A stretch of 63,482 nt of DNA, filler included, from Octopus bimaculoides (Eukaryota): the NCBI RefSeq assembly GCF_001194135.2. It is 8 parts of 7 records of this genome, joined end to end, with 100 filler letters (N's around TTAATTAATTAA, not from the genome) between each part and the next. Parts side by side here need not be neighbours in the genome. Positions count along the whole stretch, not along the records: positions 23,173 to 26,474 come from NW_026364416.1; positions 26,575 to 38,113 come from NC_068991.1; 6 more parts are not named here. One strand, given 5' to 3'. This document shows positions 23,998 to 36,424 of this stretch, in pieces; the stretch's first letter is position 1, and each line of letters starts with the position of its first letter. Position numbers and translations under genes: made by a program. Under the pieces are notes generated by a model that saw only the letters and a program-made list of their open reading frames with translations, was not told the DNA's origin and ran no database searches.

Positions 23998-25703
23998 AAT
24001 ATTGTGTGGGAGAAATAAAAAAAAACAGTAGGGGCGGTAGAGGACAAAGACATAAAATAATCGTATGTTTTCTTTGCATTATTTTCTGACAGTGCTTTCA
24101 ACTCAAATTATGGTCGCGAGCATGTAATGACCTATGGAGACCCACTGAGTCTTGTAGGTATATGTGCAGCAGACATTCACTTTTTTCTTCACTTGTTTAC
24201 TTTTCTGTCTTCTACTCCCGGGAACGACAGTGTGTGACTGAGAAAAATACTGTGGGAGAATAAAGAAGACACTAGGGGAGGCGGAGGATGAAGTAGTAAA
24301 ACGATTGTATGCTTTTTTTTTTTTGTATTATGTTCTCGAACATATAATGTAAATTTTTAAGTATACTTTGTTTACGCTCGTAATTACATTTTTGTCTGAG
24401 AAAATAAAGATAAAAAATAAAGAACAACTGAAACATCCTCATTTCAAATTTCAGAAAAAAAAACAAAAAAACTGAACTGGTGCTATAATAATGCTTTCGT
24501 TATTGAATACACATTATTTATCCTCATTTTGTTCGATACAATAGAGACTTATGTCGGTTAGTATTTTATATTTTCCTGGGAAATGCTAACATTTCGGCGT
24601 CCCATTTATTTTCTTTGTGTATTTCATTATTAGAAATATACATACATACATGTAAATACATATGCATGCATAGATACATATACACATCCGCACACATATA
24701 TAAAACTATCGTTATCTTTGAATTATTTACAGAATATTTCAAAAGATTCGATTGCGAAAGGCTATTAAATATAATCCCACATTGATGCGTAGCATACATT
24801 AAAATACATAAGGTCTGTTGTTTCTAAATAACTATCGCCATATAAATTTGTCTAAATCGCTGGAGATGAAGAATTTCATGCGTTCTAAAAGAGTTTGATG
24901 AGAGGGACCACGTCTATATTTCTTGAAAAAGAGAAAACAACAAAAAGATAATAAAAAATGCTGTTTGATTAATGAAATTTTAATGGGAATGTTCTTTCAG
25001 TATAATTCTCGCCATATATATTTGTCTAAATCGCTGGAGATCAAGAACTCATTTTGAAAAACGGTCTGGTGAGAGAGAGAGAGAGAGAAAAAAAAAACAC
25101 AGCAAAACATTTGTATTCCATGAATACGATGTACTAAATTATGAGAAACATGTAAAACAGAGAGAAGGAAAAAAACAAAGATGCGAACATCCTTTCTTAA
25201 TAGACTCTGGCAGATATCAGCATGCATCAACAAATTAAGTTTGTTTGCTGAATTCTATAAACAAGAACGACCATTCTTCTTTAGTTTCGGTGATCCGGGA
25301 ATTTAGCATTCGCTGAAGAGATGCAACCAGGTGGAAACATTGGTGTCTCAAAGTCTCCATACGTTACNNNNNNNNNNNNNNNNNNNNNNNNNNNNNNNNN
25401 NNNNNNNNNNNNNNNNNNNNNNNNNNNNNNNNNNNNNNNNNNNNNNNNNNNNNNNNNNNNNNNNNNNNNNNNNNNNNNNNNNNNNNNNNNNNNNNNNNNN
25501 NNNNNNNNNNNNNNNNNNNNNNNNNNNNNNNNNNNNNNNNNNNNNNNNNNNNNNNNNNNNNNNNNNNNNNNNNNNNNNNNNNNNNNNNNNNNNNNNNNNN
25601 NNNNNNNNNNNNNNNNNNNNNNNNNNNNNNNNNNNNNNNNNNNNNNNNNNNNNNATATATATATATATATATATATATAGATAGATATATAATGAAGCAT
25701 TGG

Positions 25704-25827
25704 AATTAATCAAAGGACATACTAAGTATGTCTACCTGCTCGAAATAAGTCAAAACTATTATCTAGATAACGGTTTTGACTGTTATTTCCAGCAGGTAGA
25801 CATACTTAGTATGTCCTTTGATTAATT
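25704..25827. mobile_element. 124-bp near-perfect palindrome (hairpin MITE candidate)
   Basis: AATTAATCAAAGGACATACTAAGTATGTCTACCTGCT...AGCAGGTAGACATACTTAGTATGTCCTTTGATTAATT with central TTATCTAGATAA. Confidence 0.75.
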
Positions 25828-25977
25828 TTAATCCTTCAGCTATTTAATGCTGTTTTTGAGGGCCTACGATCGCCTATGTTATTGAATCTGTTTTTATCAT
25901 TTTTAATTATCACACTAGATAATGATAATAGTCAATGATATCTTCGCAAATATTTTTTCTTCTCAATTATTTGCTCC

Positions 25978-26009
<32 letters not shown>

Positions 26010-26253
26010 GTAAAGTAAAAGTTAGAGGTAATACTTGACAATTGTAAGCACCTGTGTATGCCAGCTCGTGGTTGAGGTGAAAGAATAAATTGTAAATCCC
26101 AAAAATAACAAAAATACAAAAGATTCTGCGGTACACGTGTTTCAAGCTTTATATCAGTATATAATTTACAATACAAAGCTATCTTCAGCCGCAAAAGTAT
26201 TTCTCTCCCAGGAAATTATATCACATCGGCGTTAAAGGAGGAAGAAAGGTGCG

Positions 26254-26319
<66 letters not shown>

Positions 26320-26711
26320 GTGTGTGTGTATATATGTGTGTGTGTGTATATATGTGTGTGTGTGTATATATGTGTGTGTGTGTATATATGTGCGTGTGTA
26401 TATGTGTGTGTGTGTATATGTGTGTATATATGTATGTGTATATGTGTATATATGTGTGTGTATATATATGTGTGNNNNNNNNNNNNNNNNNNNNNNNNNN
26501 NNNNNNNNNNNNNNNNNNTTAATTAATTAANNNNNNNNNNNNNNNNNNNNNNNNNNNNNNNNNNNNNNNNNNNNAAATTTCACTTGGAAAGGAAGATGAG
26601 GGTATATAGAGAAGTGATGCCCCACCCCCACGCCAGTATATTTGCTGAAAACTGGGTGAATGTAGCAAAAATGTCGGCCCTATATGTCGGCCCTGGTGGC
26701 CAATAAATGAA

Positions 26712-26772
<61 letters not shown>

Positions 26773-27831
26773 TGTAAGTCATCGAATGAGTCATGAGTTT
26801 CATCTATGAACCTGATGCTACGGTCACGATACCCCAAAGAAATATCATTTTTGCTATGTTCTCCATATGTGCAAAAAGGTACAGAAATATTCTAATGTTG
26901 CATAGACATTCCACAAACTCTCATTTTGCTCTTTCTTGTTTCTCCAGGCACCGCATATAGTTTTTTTTCTTCTTGTGTCACAGCCATTTCTAAGATCTTT
27001 AGGCTTAATTATATAAAAAAAATATTTGAAATCAAGAATCGGTATTTATTTCTACAGTGAAGTTATGAAAGGTGCAACGCCATCTCTTCTAAACTAATTG
27101 ACGCTAAAGAAACGACCTGATCAATACCTAAATTGTTTAGTATAAATGAATTATCGTTTAACTATTTACTTTGAAGCAAATTAACTATTAACCCTCCTAT
27201 TTTAAGCGATAATCTAACAACACTCTATATTTTTGAAGTGTTGACGCCTAAAATTATTTTTATAAACGATGGCTATTTTTCTGAATGCTTTTCCACTTTA
27301 AAACATTTGTTTTATTTCCAAACCAAGTTTTTGTAATGACAGCACCGTAAGTCTTCAGATAATTACTTTTTCTTTTTCCAAAACTACTTCTCGTATCTTA
27401 TCTGCATGCCTTCGTCGTTGAGGGAAAATGATTATGTTATTATTATTGCAAAGAAATTGATTTTGCTTTGTTAATGTATTTTTATGATAAAATATTTTAA
27501 TCAATGCTGTTTTTGTTGTGCTGTTGCCCTTTCATATGTTATTATGGCAGCGTTGTCCTTTTGCATGTTATTATATCACGAATGAAGAAAAAAAGATGAA
27601 ACACAAGATTTGTTTGAGATTAGTTCTGAATATATGAAATAAAGAAAATGAACTTCCAACATGTATTTGAATGACGTTTTCAACAACAGTAGTGAAGAGT
27701 AGCAACTATAACAGCGATTACGTGAAACGATCGAACATAATCAGTTGTATGTGAAATGACAAAGGATGCTCTGTATTGCCAAGAGCCGAGATAATAGAAA
27801 AATATAATGAAATATCTAATGAAAAGAAGAA

Positions 27832-27860
<29 letters not shown>

Positions 27861-27864
<4 letters not shown>

Positions 27865-28097
27865 TAGTTTTATTTTTGTAACGTGCTTTCACTTCACTAC
27901 CGAGCGCAGCTCTGTGCGCCTTGGGTATGTGCTGTGGTTTGCTGTGGTGCTCTTATGTTTACTGTATTGAAAGTGTTTTGCGTAGAATGTGTGCAGTACC
28001 CAGTAGTGCAATTTTCTGTATGTTATATATATTTGTAAGTCCTGGTGTTTTTGTTATGTATTTGTCTGAATATTTTTTTATTATACCTAAGGCACCT
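27861..28097 (-). mobile_element. Young R4/Dong LINE 3' end with (TAA)n tail
   Basis: 28096-27959 reads GALGIIKKYSDKYITKTPGLTNIYNIQKIALLGTAHILRKTLSIQ*; ~100-bp 3'UTR, then (TAA)n. Confidence 0.9.
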
Positions 28098-28524
28098 NNN
28101 NNNNNNNNNNNNNNNNNNNNNNNNNNNNNNNNNNNNNNNNNNNNNNNNNNNNNNNNNNNNNNNNNNNNNNNNNNNNNNNNNNNNNNNNNNNNNNNNNNNN
28201 NNNNNNNNNNNNNNNNNNNNNNNNNNNNNNNNNNNNNNNNNNNNNNNNNNNNNNNNNNNNNNNNNNNNNNNNNNNNNNNNNNNNNNNNNNNNNNNNNNNN
28301 NNNNNNNNNNNNNNNNNNNNNNNNNNNNNNNNNNNNNNNNNNNNNNNNNNNNNNNNNNNNNNNNNNNNNNNNNNNNNNNNNNNNNNNNNNNNNNNNNNNN
28401 NNNNNNNNNNNNNNNNNNNNNNNNNNNNNNNNNNNNNNNNNNNNNNNNNNNNNNNNNNNNNNNNNNNNNNNNNNNNNNNNNNNNNNNNNNNNNNNNNNNN
28501 NNNNNNNNNNNNNNNNNNNNNNNN

Positions 28525-28580
<56 letters not shown>

Positions 28581-28604
28581 CATCATCATCATCATCATCA
28601 TCAT

Positions 28605-28817
28605 TAAAGCTGCAAGCTGGCAGAATCATTAGCACGCCGGTCGAAATGCTTAGCGGCATTTCGTCTGCTGCTAGATCCCGAGTTCAAATTCCGCCGAGGT
28701 CGACTTTGCCTTTCATCCTTTCGGGGTCGATGAAATACGTACCAGTTAGGCTCTGGGGTCGAAGTAATCCACTATCCCTCCACCAAATTTCCAGGCCTTG
28801 TGACTACAGTAGAAAGG

Positions 28818-28820
<3 letters not shown>
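28605..28820 (+). mobile_element. SINE family A between (TTA)/(CAT) and (TTA) tracts
   Basis: Family head, core and A2 tail. Confidence 0.9.
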
Positions 28821-28894
<74 letters not shown>

Positions 28895-28898
<4 letters not shown>

Positions 28899-29105
28899 TA
28901 GTCTTATTTTTATCACGTGCTTTCACTGCACTACCGAACGCAGCTCTGTGCTTTGAGTACGTACTTTGGTTTGTTGTGGTGCTCTTATTTTCACTGTATT
29001 GAAAGTGTTTTACGTAGGATATGTGTGGTGCCCAGTAGTGCTATTTTCTGTATGTTATATATACTTGTAAGCCCAGGTGTTTTTGTTATACATTTGTCTG
29101 AATGC
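28895..29105 (-). mobile_element. R4/Dong LINE 3' end, 5'-truncated
   Basis: HSDKCITKTPGLTSIYNIQKIALLGTTHILRKTLSIQ* (stop 28991), same 3'UTR as the 27861 copy, (TAA)n tail. Confidence 0.9.
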
Positions 29106-29330
29106 TTCTTCTTCTTCTTCTCCTCCTCCTCCGAGTGGAAATCTGCAGTGCGAATGAGTTTCATACAAGCGACCGCTAGTCGGCTCTGAGCTCGCACACG
29201 CTCTCCCAACAAGCGCAGCCTCCACTCGCTCAGTTTACGTGTTTATCCCTATTGTGTTTTTCCCAGTGTTTTTTAAAAAAAGTTTTGAGCGTTTTTTGCT
29301 GTTATTTTATAATGATTTGTTGTGTTAGTC

Positions 29331-29664
29331 ATGGGTCCGAAGAAGGTTAGTGCAAAGGACAATGCTAAGAAGAAGAAAACGCTGATTACGATAGAATTGA
29401 AGAAGGAGATCATTGATAAACATGAAAGAGGAGTGCGTGTAGTGGATATAGCACGCCATTACAACCGAAGCACCCACCGAGGTCGACTTTGCCTGTCATC
29501 CTTTCGGGGTCGATAAATTAAGTACCAGTTGCGTACTGGGGTCGATCTAATCGACTGGCCCCTTCCCCCAAAAATTCGGGCCTTGTGCCTAGAGTAGAAA
29601 AGATTACTACCGAAGCACGTCGACAATTTTCACCATTCTGAAGAAAAAGGATGAAATGTACTAA
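29331..29664 (+). pseudogene. Tigger/pogo transposase N-terminus (CENP-B-type HTH) split by a SINE
   Basis: Removing the SINE and one TSD gives MGPKKVSAKDNAKKKKTLITIELKKEIIDKHERGVRVVDIARHYNRSTSTIFTILKKKDEMY*. Confidence 0.85.
29474..29608 (+). mobile_element. 5'-truncated SINE family A with TSD
   Basis: ACCGAAGCAC at 29464-73 and 29609-18. Confidence 0.93.
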
Positions 29665-30440
29665 AAGTTGAATTGTAATTATTATATTGTTGCTATTATG
29701 TTAAACTGTCGTATGTCCAAATTTGGCCAAATGCATTTTTTTTTTCAATATTTAATTTTGCTTGCAATAGCCAGTTCTTTTGGTCGAACTATCGTATCTC
29801 CAGCTGCTTCAGATGCCAAGATAGGAAAATTGTTAAAGTGTAGTACAACGGTTTAGCATTTTTCAAAAGTGTAGTAAGTCCCACGTACGACAGTTTTGCA
29901 AAAATATTTCTGACTGAAAATATCATACATGCATGGAGTTACGATTTTATGTATCCAACAAAGTATTACTGTTAAGCTGAAACTCTTGCTAATGTAAAAA
30001 GAAATGGAATGGTGAAACTACTTTTTCCTTTTCTGAGAGCAACGTTTTGTACTTACGACACTTTTTCCTAATAGCAACGCTATGTATTCCATATTTCCTG
30101 ATATAACCCCTGTCGGCATAAATATATTTCTAAAGTTAGCCGTCATATAATATGTAACTCTCTAGTATTTATGGAGGGTAAAGAAATGATTGATACCTAA
30201 CCATATAGTTTACTATAATTGGTTATTTGCCTCTATATCCTTGAAGCAATCCATCACACTGAGAATATTTACTCGAAACAAAATTAACTGAATTTTCTCT
30301 TTTATCACAACAAGTTTTAGGAAAGTGACGATTAGACTACTTTAGGTAGACGGTACATGAATAACCATGTATGTCTACAGATGTTAGAAAAGGTATCGGC
30401 TAGTCAATTATGAGTGTTTGTGACTCTTCATCACCTTTGT

Positions 30441-30500
30441 CCTTCATGAAGCCGAACAGGCCTTCATGAATCCGAATAAGCCTTCATGAAGCGGAACAGG
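30441..30500. repeat. 3 x 20-bp minisatellite CCTTCATGAAGCCGAACAGG
   Basis: Three adjacent units, no spacers. Confidence 0.9.
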
Positions 30501-33500
30501 ATTGTACGATGTGACACTCGTTGGCAGCGTCCACCATTGTTACGCCCATGATAGTATGGTGCACTCTAATTTGGAGTGGGGTGACAAACAAGTTGATTTG
30601 CTTGAAATTTTACTTAGATAAACATTTTATGGCAGTTGATTTCAACTTCATTTTCGATCACGTAAATCGCGAGTTTATCATTTCAGCCAATCAGAACTTA
30701 TTGTTCAAGTGATGATTTCTAGAATTTTTTTTCAACGAAGGCCTTAAATACAGAGGCTTTTGGCGCAAGAAGGCAGAGTGATTTCGGATTTCGTTGAATT
30801 CAATTCCAGGTAAATTCCTCTCGCTAATGGCTGTTTTCACAGTTTCATACTCAAACCAGCGCGATTCTTCTAATAGCTGTTTATATGTATATATATGTAT
30901 ATATATATATATATATNNNNNNNNNNNNNNNNNNNNNNNNNNNNNNNNNNNNNNNNNNNNNNNNNNNNNNNNNNNNNNNNNNNNNNNNNNNNNNNNNNNN
31001 NNNNNNNNNNNNNNNNNNNNNNNNNNNNNNNNNNNNNNNNNNNNNNNNNNNNNNNNNNNNNNNNNNNNNNNNNNNNNNNNNNNNNNNNNNNNNNNNNNNN
31101 NNNNNNNNNNNNNNNNNNNNNNNNNNNNNNNNNNNNNNNNNNNNNNNNNNNNNNNNNNNNNNNNNNNNNNNNNNNNNNNNNNNNNNNNNNNNNNNNNNNN
31201 NNNNNNNNNNNNNNNNNNNNNNNNNNNNNNNNNNNNNNNNNNNNNNNNNNNNNNNNNNNNNNNNNNNNNNNNNNNNNNNNNNNNNNNNNNNNNNNNNNNN
31301 NNNNNNNNNNNNNNNNNNNNNNNNNNNNNNNNNNNNNNNNNNNNNNNNNNNNNNNNNNNNNNNNNNNNNNNNNNNNNNNNNNNNNNNNNNNNNNNNNNNN
31401 NNNNNNNNNNNNNNNNNNNNNNNNNNNNNNNNNNNNNNNNNNNNNNNNNNNNNNNNNNNNNNNNNNNNNNNNNNNNNNNNNNNNNNNNNNNNNNNNNNNN
31501 NNNNNNNNNNNNNNNNNNNNNNNNNNNNNNNNNNNNNNNNNNNNNNNNNNNNNNNNNNNNNNNNNNNNNNNNNNNNNNNNNNNNNNNNNNNNNNNNNNNN
31601 NNNNNNNNNNNNNNNNNNNNNNNNNNNNNNNNNNNNNNNNNNNNNNNNNNNNNNNNNNNNNNNNNNNNNNNNNNNNNNNNNNNNNNNNNNNNNNNNNNNN
31701 NNNNNNNNNNNNNNNNNNNNNNNNNNNNNNNNNNNNNNNNNNNNNNNNNNNNNNNNNNNNNNNNNNNNNNNNNNNNNNNNNNNNNNNNNNNNNNNNNNNN
31801 NNNNNNNNNNNNNNNNNNNNNNNNNNNNNNNNNNNNNNNNNNNNNNNNNNNNNNNNNNNNNNNNNNNNNNAGCTGACCTTGGTATGGAATCAGAGGAAGA
31901 AGCTTTTATTGGCATGTGACCTCATGGAAGAAGTAATGGACAAAGAGAAGCCAATGAACGAAAACTTATATGGATTGTAACAAGGGAATTAATTCAGAGA
32001 AATAAGCAGCTTGGTTTAATTCCATTACTACCGATAAAAATAAATAAATAAATAAAACAGCAAACCTGGGAGACGAATTTAAGAAGGTTGTTTACCAAGA
32101 ATTCCGGATGACAATTGTACGCCAATTAATTTTGACGAGCAATTAATTATTGGTTCTTAATTTTTTTTTTGTTTTCTCTGTCCCATGTCATTTTCTTTTT
32201 GTTTCGCTCGAATTATTTTCCCACTGTTTTCACTAATTAGAGCGACCAGTTGTCTCCTTACCTCGAGTTCTTATAGTTATAGTTGAAATAGAGATTTCAT
32301 TTACTAAAACAAGAAGTTTTCTCAAGCAAAAAACCTTGACAGTCTTTGTGCTTGTAGGATTTTTGGATTTCAAATCCCAAAGGGATCTAAGTCATTTATT
32401 CAATATGGCTCTTGAATTTAAAAATTAAAGTCTGTTGTAGATTGGAAATTATATCTAGGAAGAGGAACATTTTTAATTTGCACCATGAAAAGAGGAATAA
32501 GTCACAGTACATTTCATTTACTACACAGGAAATATTTCGTAAACAGACGTTAACAAAAATAGAAACGTTGGTGGGATGAAATTTGTAACCGGGGTAAAAT
32601 GAGTAATTTCTGATTTCTTGTTATTTTCTCCCTGCCTGTTTGAAATCATTACATTACAAATATTGCATGATCATTTTGTATTGTCGCATTCCCTTTAGGA
32701 CTAGAAATCGGTCAACATAGTTGTTGTTGAAGTTGAGAGAATTTGAAATATATTCAGGTGGCAGGTAATTTTTTTTCCAAGAAATTTTTCCTCAACTTTG
32801 ACCCTATTGTAATTTAGGTTTCTAATAAAATATTTGGATAATTTTTGGTGTTTAACGATCAATATTCTTTTCTTTGTTGGATTCCAAGTCAATCTTTTCT
32901 CCACACTAATGTCTAATTTGAAAATTTTCAACTTTCAAAAAAATGATGGCTAAGATGGGGTAAAATGAGCCATCACTAATTTCAATAATTTCTTCTTTTT
33001 AACTGCATGGCACGTAAATATATCAGAAAGAGGACACTCCAACAGATCGTGAAGACGCTATAGAGAATATTTTATGTTGAGTTGTTTTTGATTTAGTCGA
33101 ATTTCGTTAATTTCATATCATGTGCCATTTTCGCTGGGCCTCTTTCATTTGACCTTAATACTTGAATTTTTTGTTACATTTCTGATCTTTCTGATGTCTA
33201 AGGATAGATATTGGTGTGTATGAGTTTGTTTTCAAATATAATTCTGGAGTATTGAAGAGGTAAATTTATCTTAGCTTGGCTTACTCATTTTGTCCCAGAT
33301 AAATTTGCCCTTTATAGTATCTAAAGAGAACGGTCATAATTTTCTGAATTAGTGTTCAGATTATGTTATAATGTTTTTAATGCATTTAGAGACGGTCATT
33401 TGCTTTGCTGATAAATCAAAAATGCAGTAAAATCTCCTCATTGTGCCCCACCCCACTATAAACATTCTACCCAAGTTATATTTAATAAACCATTTCCTCA

Positions 33501-34377
33501 CCTTTAAACTAAAACCTAGCTGCGTCCTGTTTATATTTATATATTTCCACGTTAATGCTATTATACTCACTGAGACATACAATAAATAAATGCATGAACG
33601 AACGAACACACAAAAGAAAAATAATAAAGATAAAAAGAAATCAACGACCATTCTTCGATCTGACAAGAAAACATAGACTTCTTAATTTTATTTCTTAATA
33701 TATAGAATTACTCTAACAACTACGATCCACTTTGCTGTTTATTTTCACTTGATTTTGTTTTAAAACTTACAAACTTAATGTATTGAAAGCCCTCCAGTGT
33801 ATTATGATTATCAACGATGTTCTTATTGAATGGTTTTACTGTGTAAACTGCAAAACAATTATGTAAAGATGATAAATTTCTGTTAGGAGTCCAGATGGCT
33901 CTGAATCTGTTGCCCAGCAATAGTTCCTTTTGATGGTCTTCTTTTTAAGTGTTTTTTCTTCAATTTTTTTTTCTTTTATATGTTAAATAGTTCTTCTTTG
34001 TATAAATCTGTTTATTCTTTGTATTTGCCATCTCTCAGTGTAATTCTCATCAGAACTGTTTATTCACTTAAAAGGTTCTGTTTAGTTAACGCATCGTCCA
34101 TGTCTTCAAACCCTTGTTTGCTCTATTTAAGCTGAATATTACTTTATTCAGCTGCCAATGAGCAATTTAATAAAGTGAGGTCGTTCGCTCGTTAGTGGAC
34201 TAATGGTGACTGTTTACAGTTTTAAGTTCTAATAATGTTTAAGTTTTCACTCAAATGTTAAAGTACTTTGCAAAATAGGTCTTCTAACAATGTCGCTTAG
34301 ACAATTGAAAGAGGCTGTTTTCATATCTCATACGAGTGGGTCATATTTTCGCAAGATTTTTATCATAAGATGACTCG

Positions 34378-34590
34378 TAAGGCGGAGAGCTGGCATAACG
34401 GTTAGAGCGTCGGGAAAATGCTTCGCAGTATTTGTCCCGGCTCTTTACATTCTGGGCTCAAATTTCGCCGAGGTTTGATCATATATTTCATCTTTTCAGA
34501 GTCGATAAAATAAAATACCAGTCAAATACTTGGGTCAATGATATCGACTAATTTCACTCCCCTTAAAATTGCTGGCCTTGTACCTAAATG
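34378..34590 (+). mobile_element. SINE family A (diverged)
   Basis: Head, core and tail recognisable. Confidence 0.8.
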
Positions 34591-35304
34591 AGAAAACATC
34601 ATAAACCACTCTAGGGTGTCATAAGTAGTTCTCATCTTTATCACGACGACGACGAAGAAAACTCTTCCACCTTTACCATCAACATTAACAACAGCAATCA
34701 TTATATTGAACTTAAAAAGGAGCCTCTATGCGGTCACTGGAATTGCAAGACATAGCAGCCACGTTTCCTTCATATCCCATTTATCGTCATAAAAACACAT
34801 TAGATAGTGTAGTATTAGGTAAAGTCTATCCAAATAACGATGAGATGGTCATAACTCGAATGTCTTTTATCAGAGGTCTGTTCAATCAGAGCCAATGGTC
34901 AAATAACAACAACTACAACATCAACAAAAACCAATTGAGGCCTCTAAGCAGGTGATTTATCTGCTAAAGACTATCCGTTTTCCTGAAGTCTCATCATACT
35001 GTCTTAATCAAAGAGGACATACATTGAATTATGTAGTCTTAGGCAAACTATGATTGAAAAGGAAGAAAATGGAATGGCGACAGCTGGTATTTGGAGCTAA
35101 ACAATCACAACAACAATAATCAAAACAACAATAGCAGTATAGGGAATAAAGGACTTTCAGTGTGCTATAGGTAAATGTATTTGTATTGTTGTCTAGATTT
35201 TCGCTCAAAGAAGAAGTGAAGTAAAGGGCGCTATGATAAAATCCCTTTTACCTTCAGCTCAGTCCAGTCTCCAAGTGAAACTATAGAAGGGACCTATTCA
35301 ATAT

Positions 35305-35585
35305 GGTATTGGCAGAATCATTAGAGCACCAGACGAATGGTATTTCTTGTGGCATTTTACTTGTGGTATTTCTTCTAGCATTTTACGTTCTGAGTTCAAG
35401 TTCAACAGAAGTCAGCTTTGCTTTGAGCGAGCGATTAGGAGCGATTAGCAGCCGAGCAAAGCGGCTGCAGACGCATCGGCGGCGGCCTCCCGCCGATGAA
35501 CCGCAGGAGCGATCGAAAGGCCGTCGATAAAATAAAGTAGTGATTTAATCAACTAACAGACCCCTCCACATTTCAGGCATTGGTC
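35305..35585 (+). mobile_element. SINE family A carrying a 98-bp GC-rich insert (35425-35522)
   Basis: SINE core is split between GCTTTGCTTT and GTCGATAAAATAAAGT. Confidence 0.8.
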
Positions 35586-36424
35586 GGATATTAGAAACAA
35601 TAATAACGTAGAACATAATTCAAGAAAATGGAGTGTGGTAGGATTCATTCATATATATTGCAAGCAAATACATACAAACCCCTTCTAAAAATAGGATATC
35701 ACAATCAGTTTAAAATGGATCTCAGAACCGCAAATTTTAGGTCAGTCTTTTTTCAATGCAATATCATCTTCTAAGTTCCCCCCGCCAAACAAAACTAAGA
35801 AACCCATCCCTAACATCAATATCAGTCTCAAGACTTTTAGGCAATTTTCATCCAGGTCACTCCTTAATGAGCAGATCCACGAACAAGCAGAATTCCAGCC
35901 TAGACCATCCAACCTATTTAGGGTTATATAGGACTACTTATCAAATGCATGCGTTCCTTTTTTAGGACGCTTGGGTATGATCTGAGGGATTTTGGTTATT
36001 ATTTGTAACTGGTCGAGGCTTACTTACTGGACCCTAATGACAATTGTAGAAGATGATCCTCGGGGATGATAAGTCCTGAACCAAACTGTTTCATATTTGT
36101 CCAAATTATTCACCGTTTCCACATTGTCAATGTGTATTGGAAGTCTACCAAATCACTGTCCTTGAAAGAAGGTGGCAGTTGGCACGGACGAGGGTCTAAG
36201 TTGGCAACCACATCCATCGTAAGAATTAGACTAATGTTATTTTGGTTATAACTTCCTCATCGTATCTTGGACACAACCCCTCCATTGCTTATACCAAAAT
36301 AACACAGCATGGCACTTATTTTTACTTTGGTGTGAGTAGTAGACCTAACAGGCTACACGCTCAACATTTGCTACTTAAGGATCTTTAGTGAAGCTCACTT
36401 ACGCTATACTTCTAGGTACTAATC

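Noticed and set aside
25280-25367. Plus-strand exon after TTCTTCTTTAG
   Set aside because: Stops in all three frames shortly after the acceptor; no homology recognised.
30441-30500. CRISPR-like array
   Set aside because: Adjacent 20-bp units with no spacers, no cas genes, eukaryotic context.
35490-35522. Functional hammerhead within the GC-rich insert
   Set aside because: CCGATGA, GAAA and a GGCCU/AGGCC pairing exist, but only 3 nt separate the cleavage site from the core, so no stem I can form.
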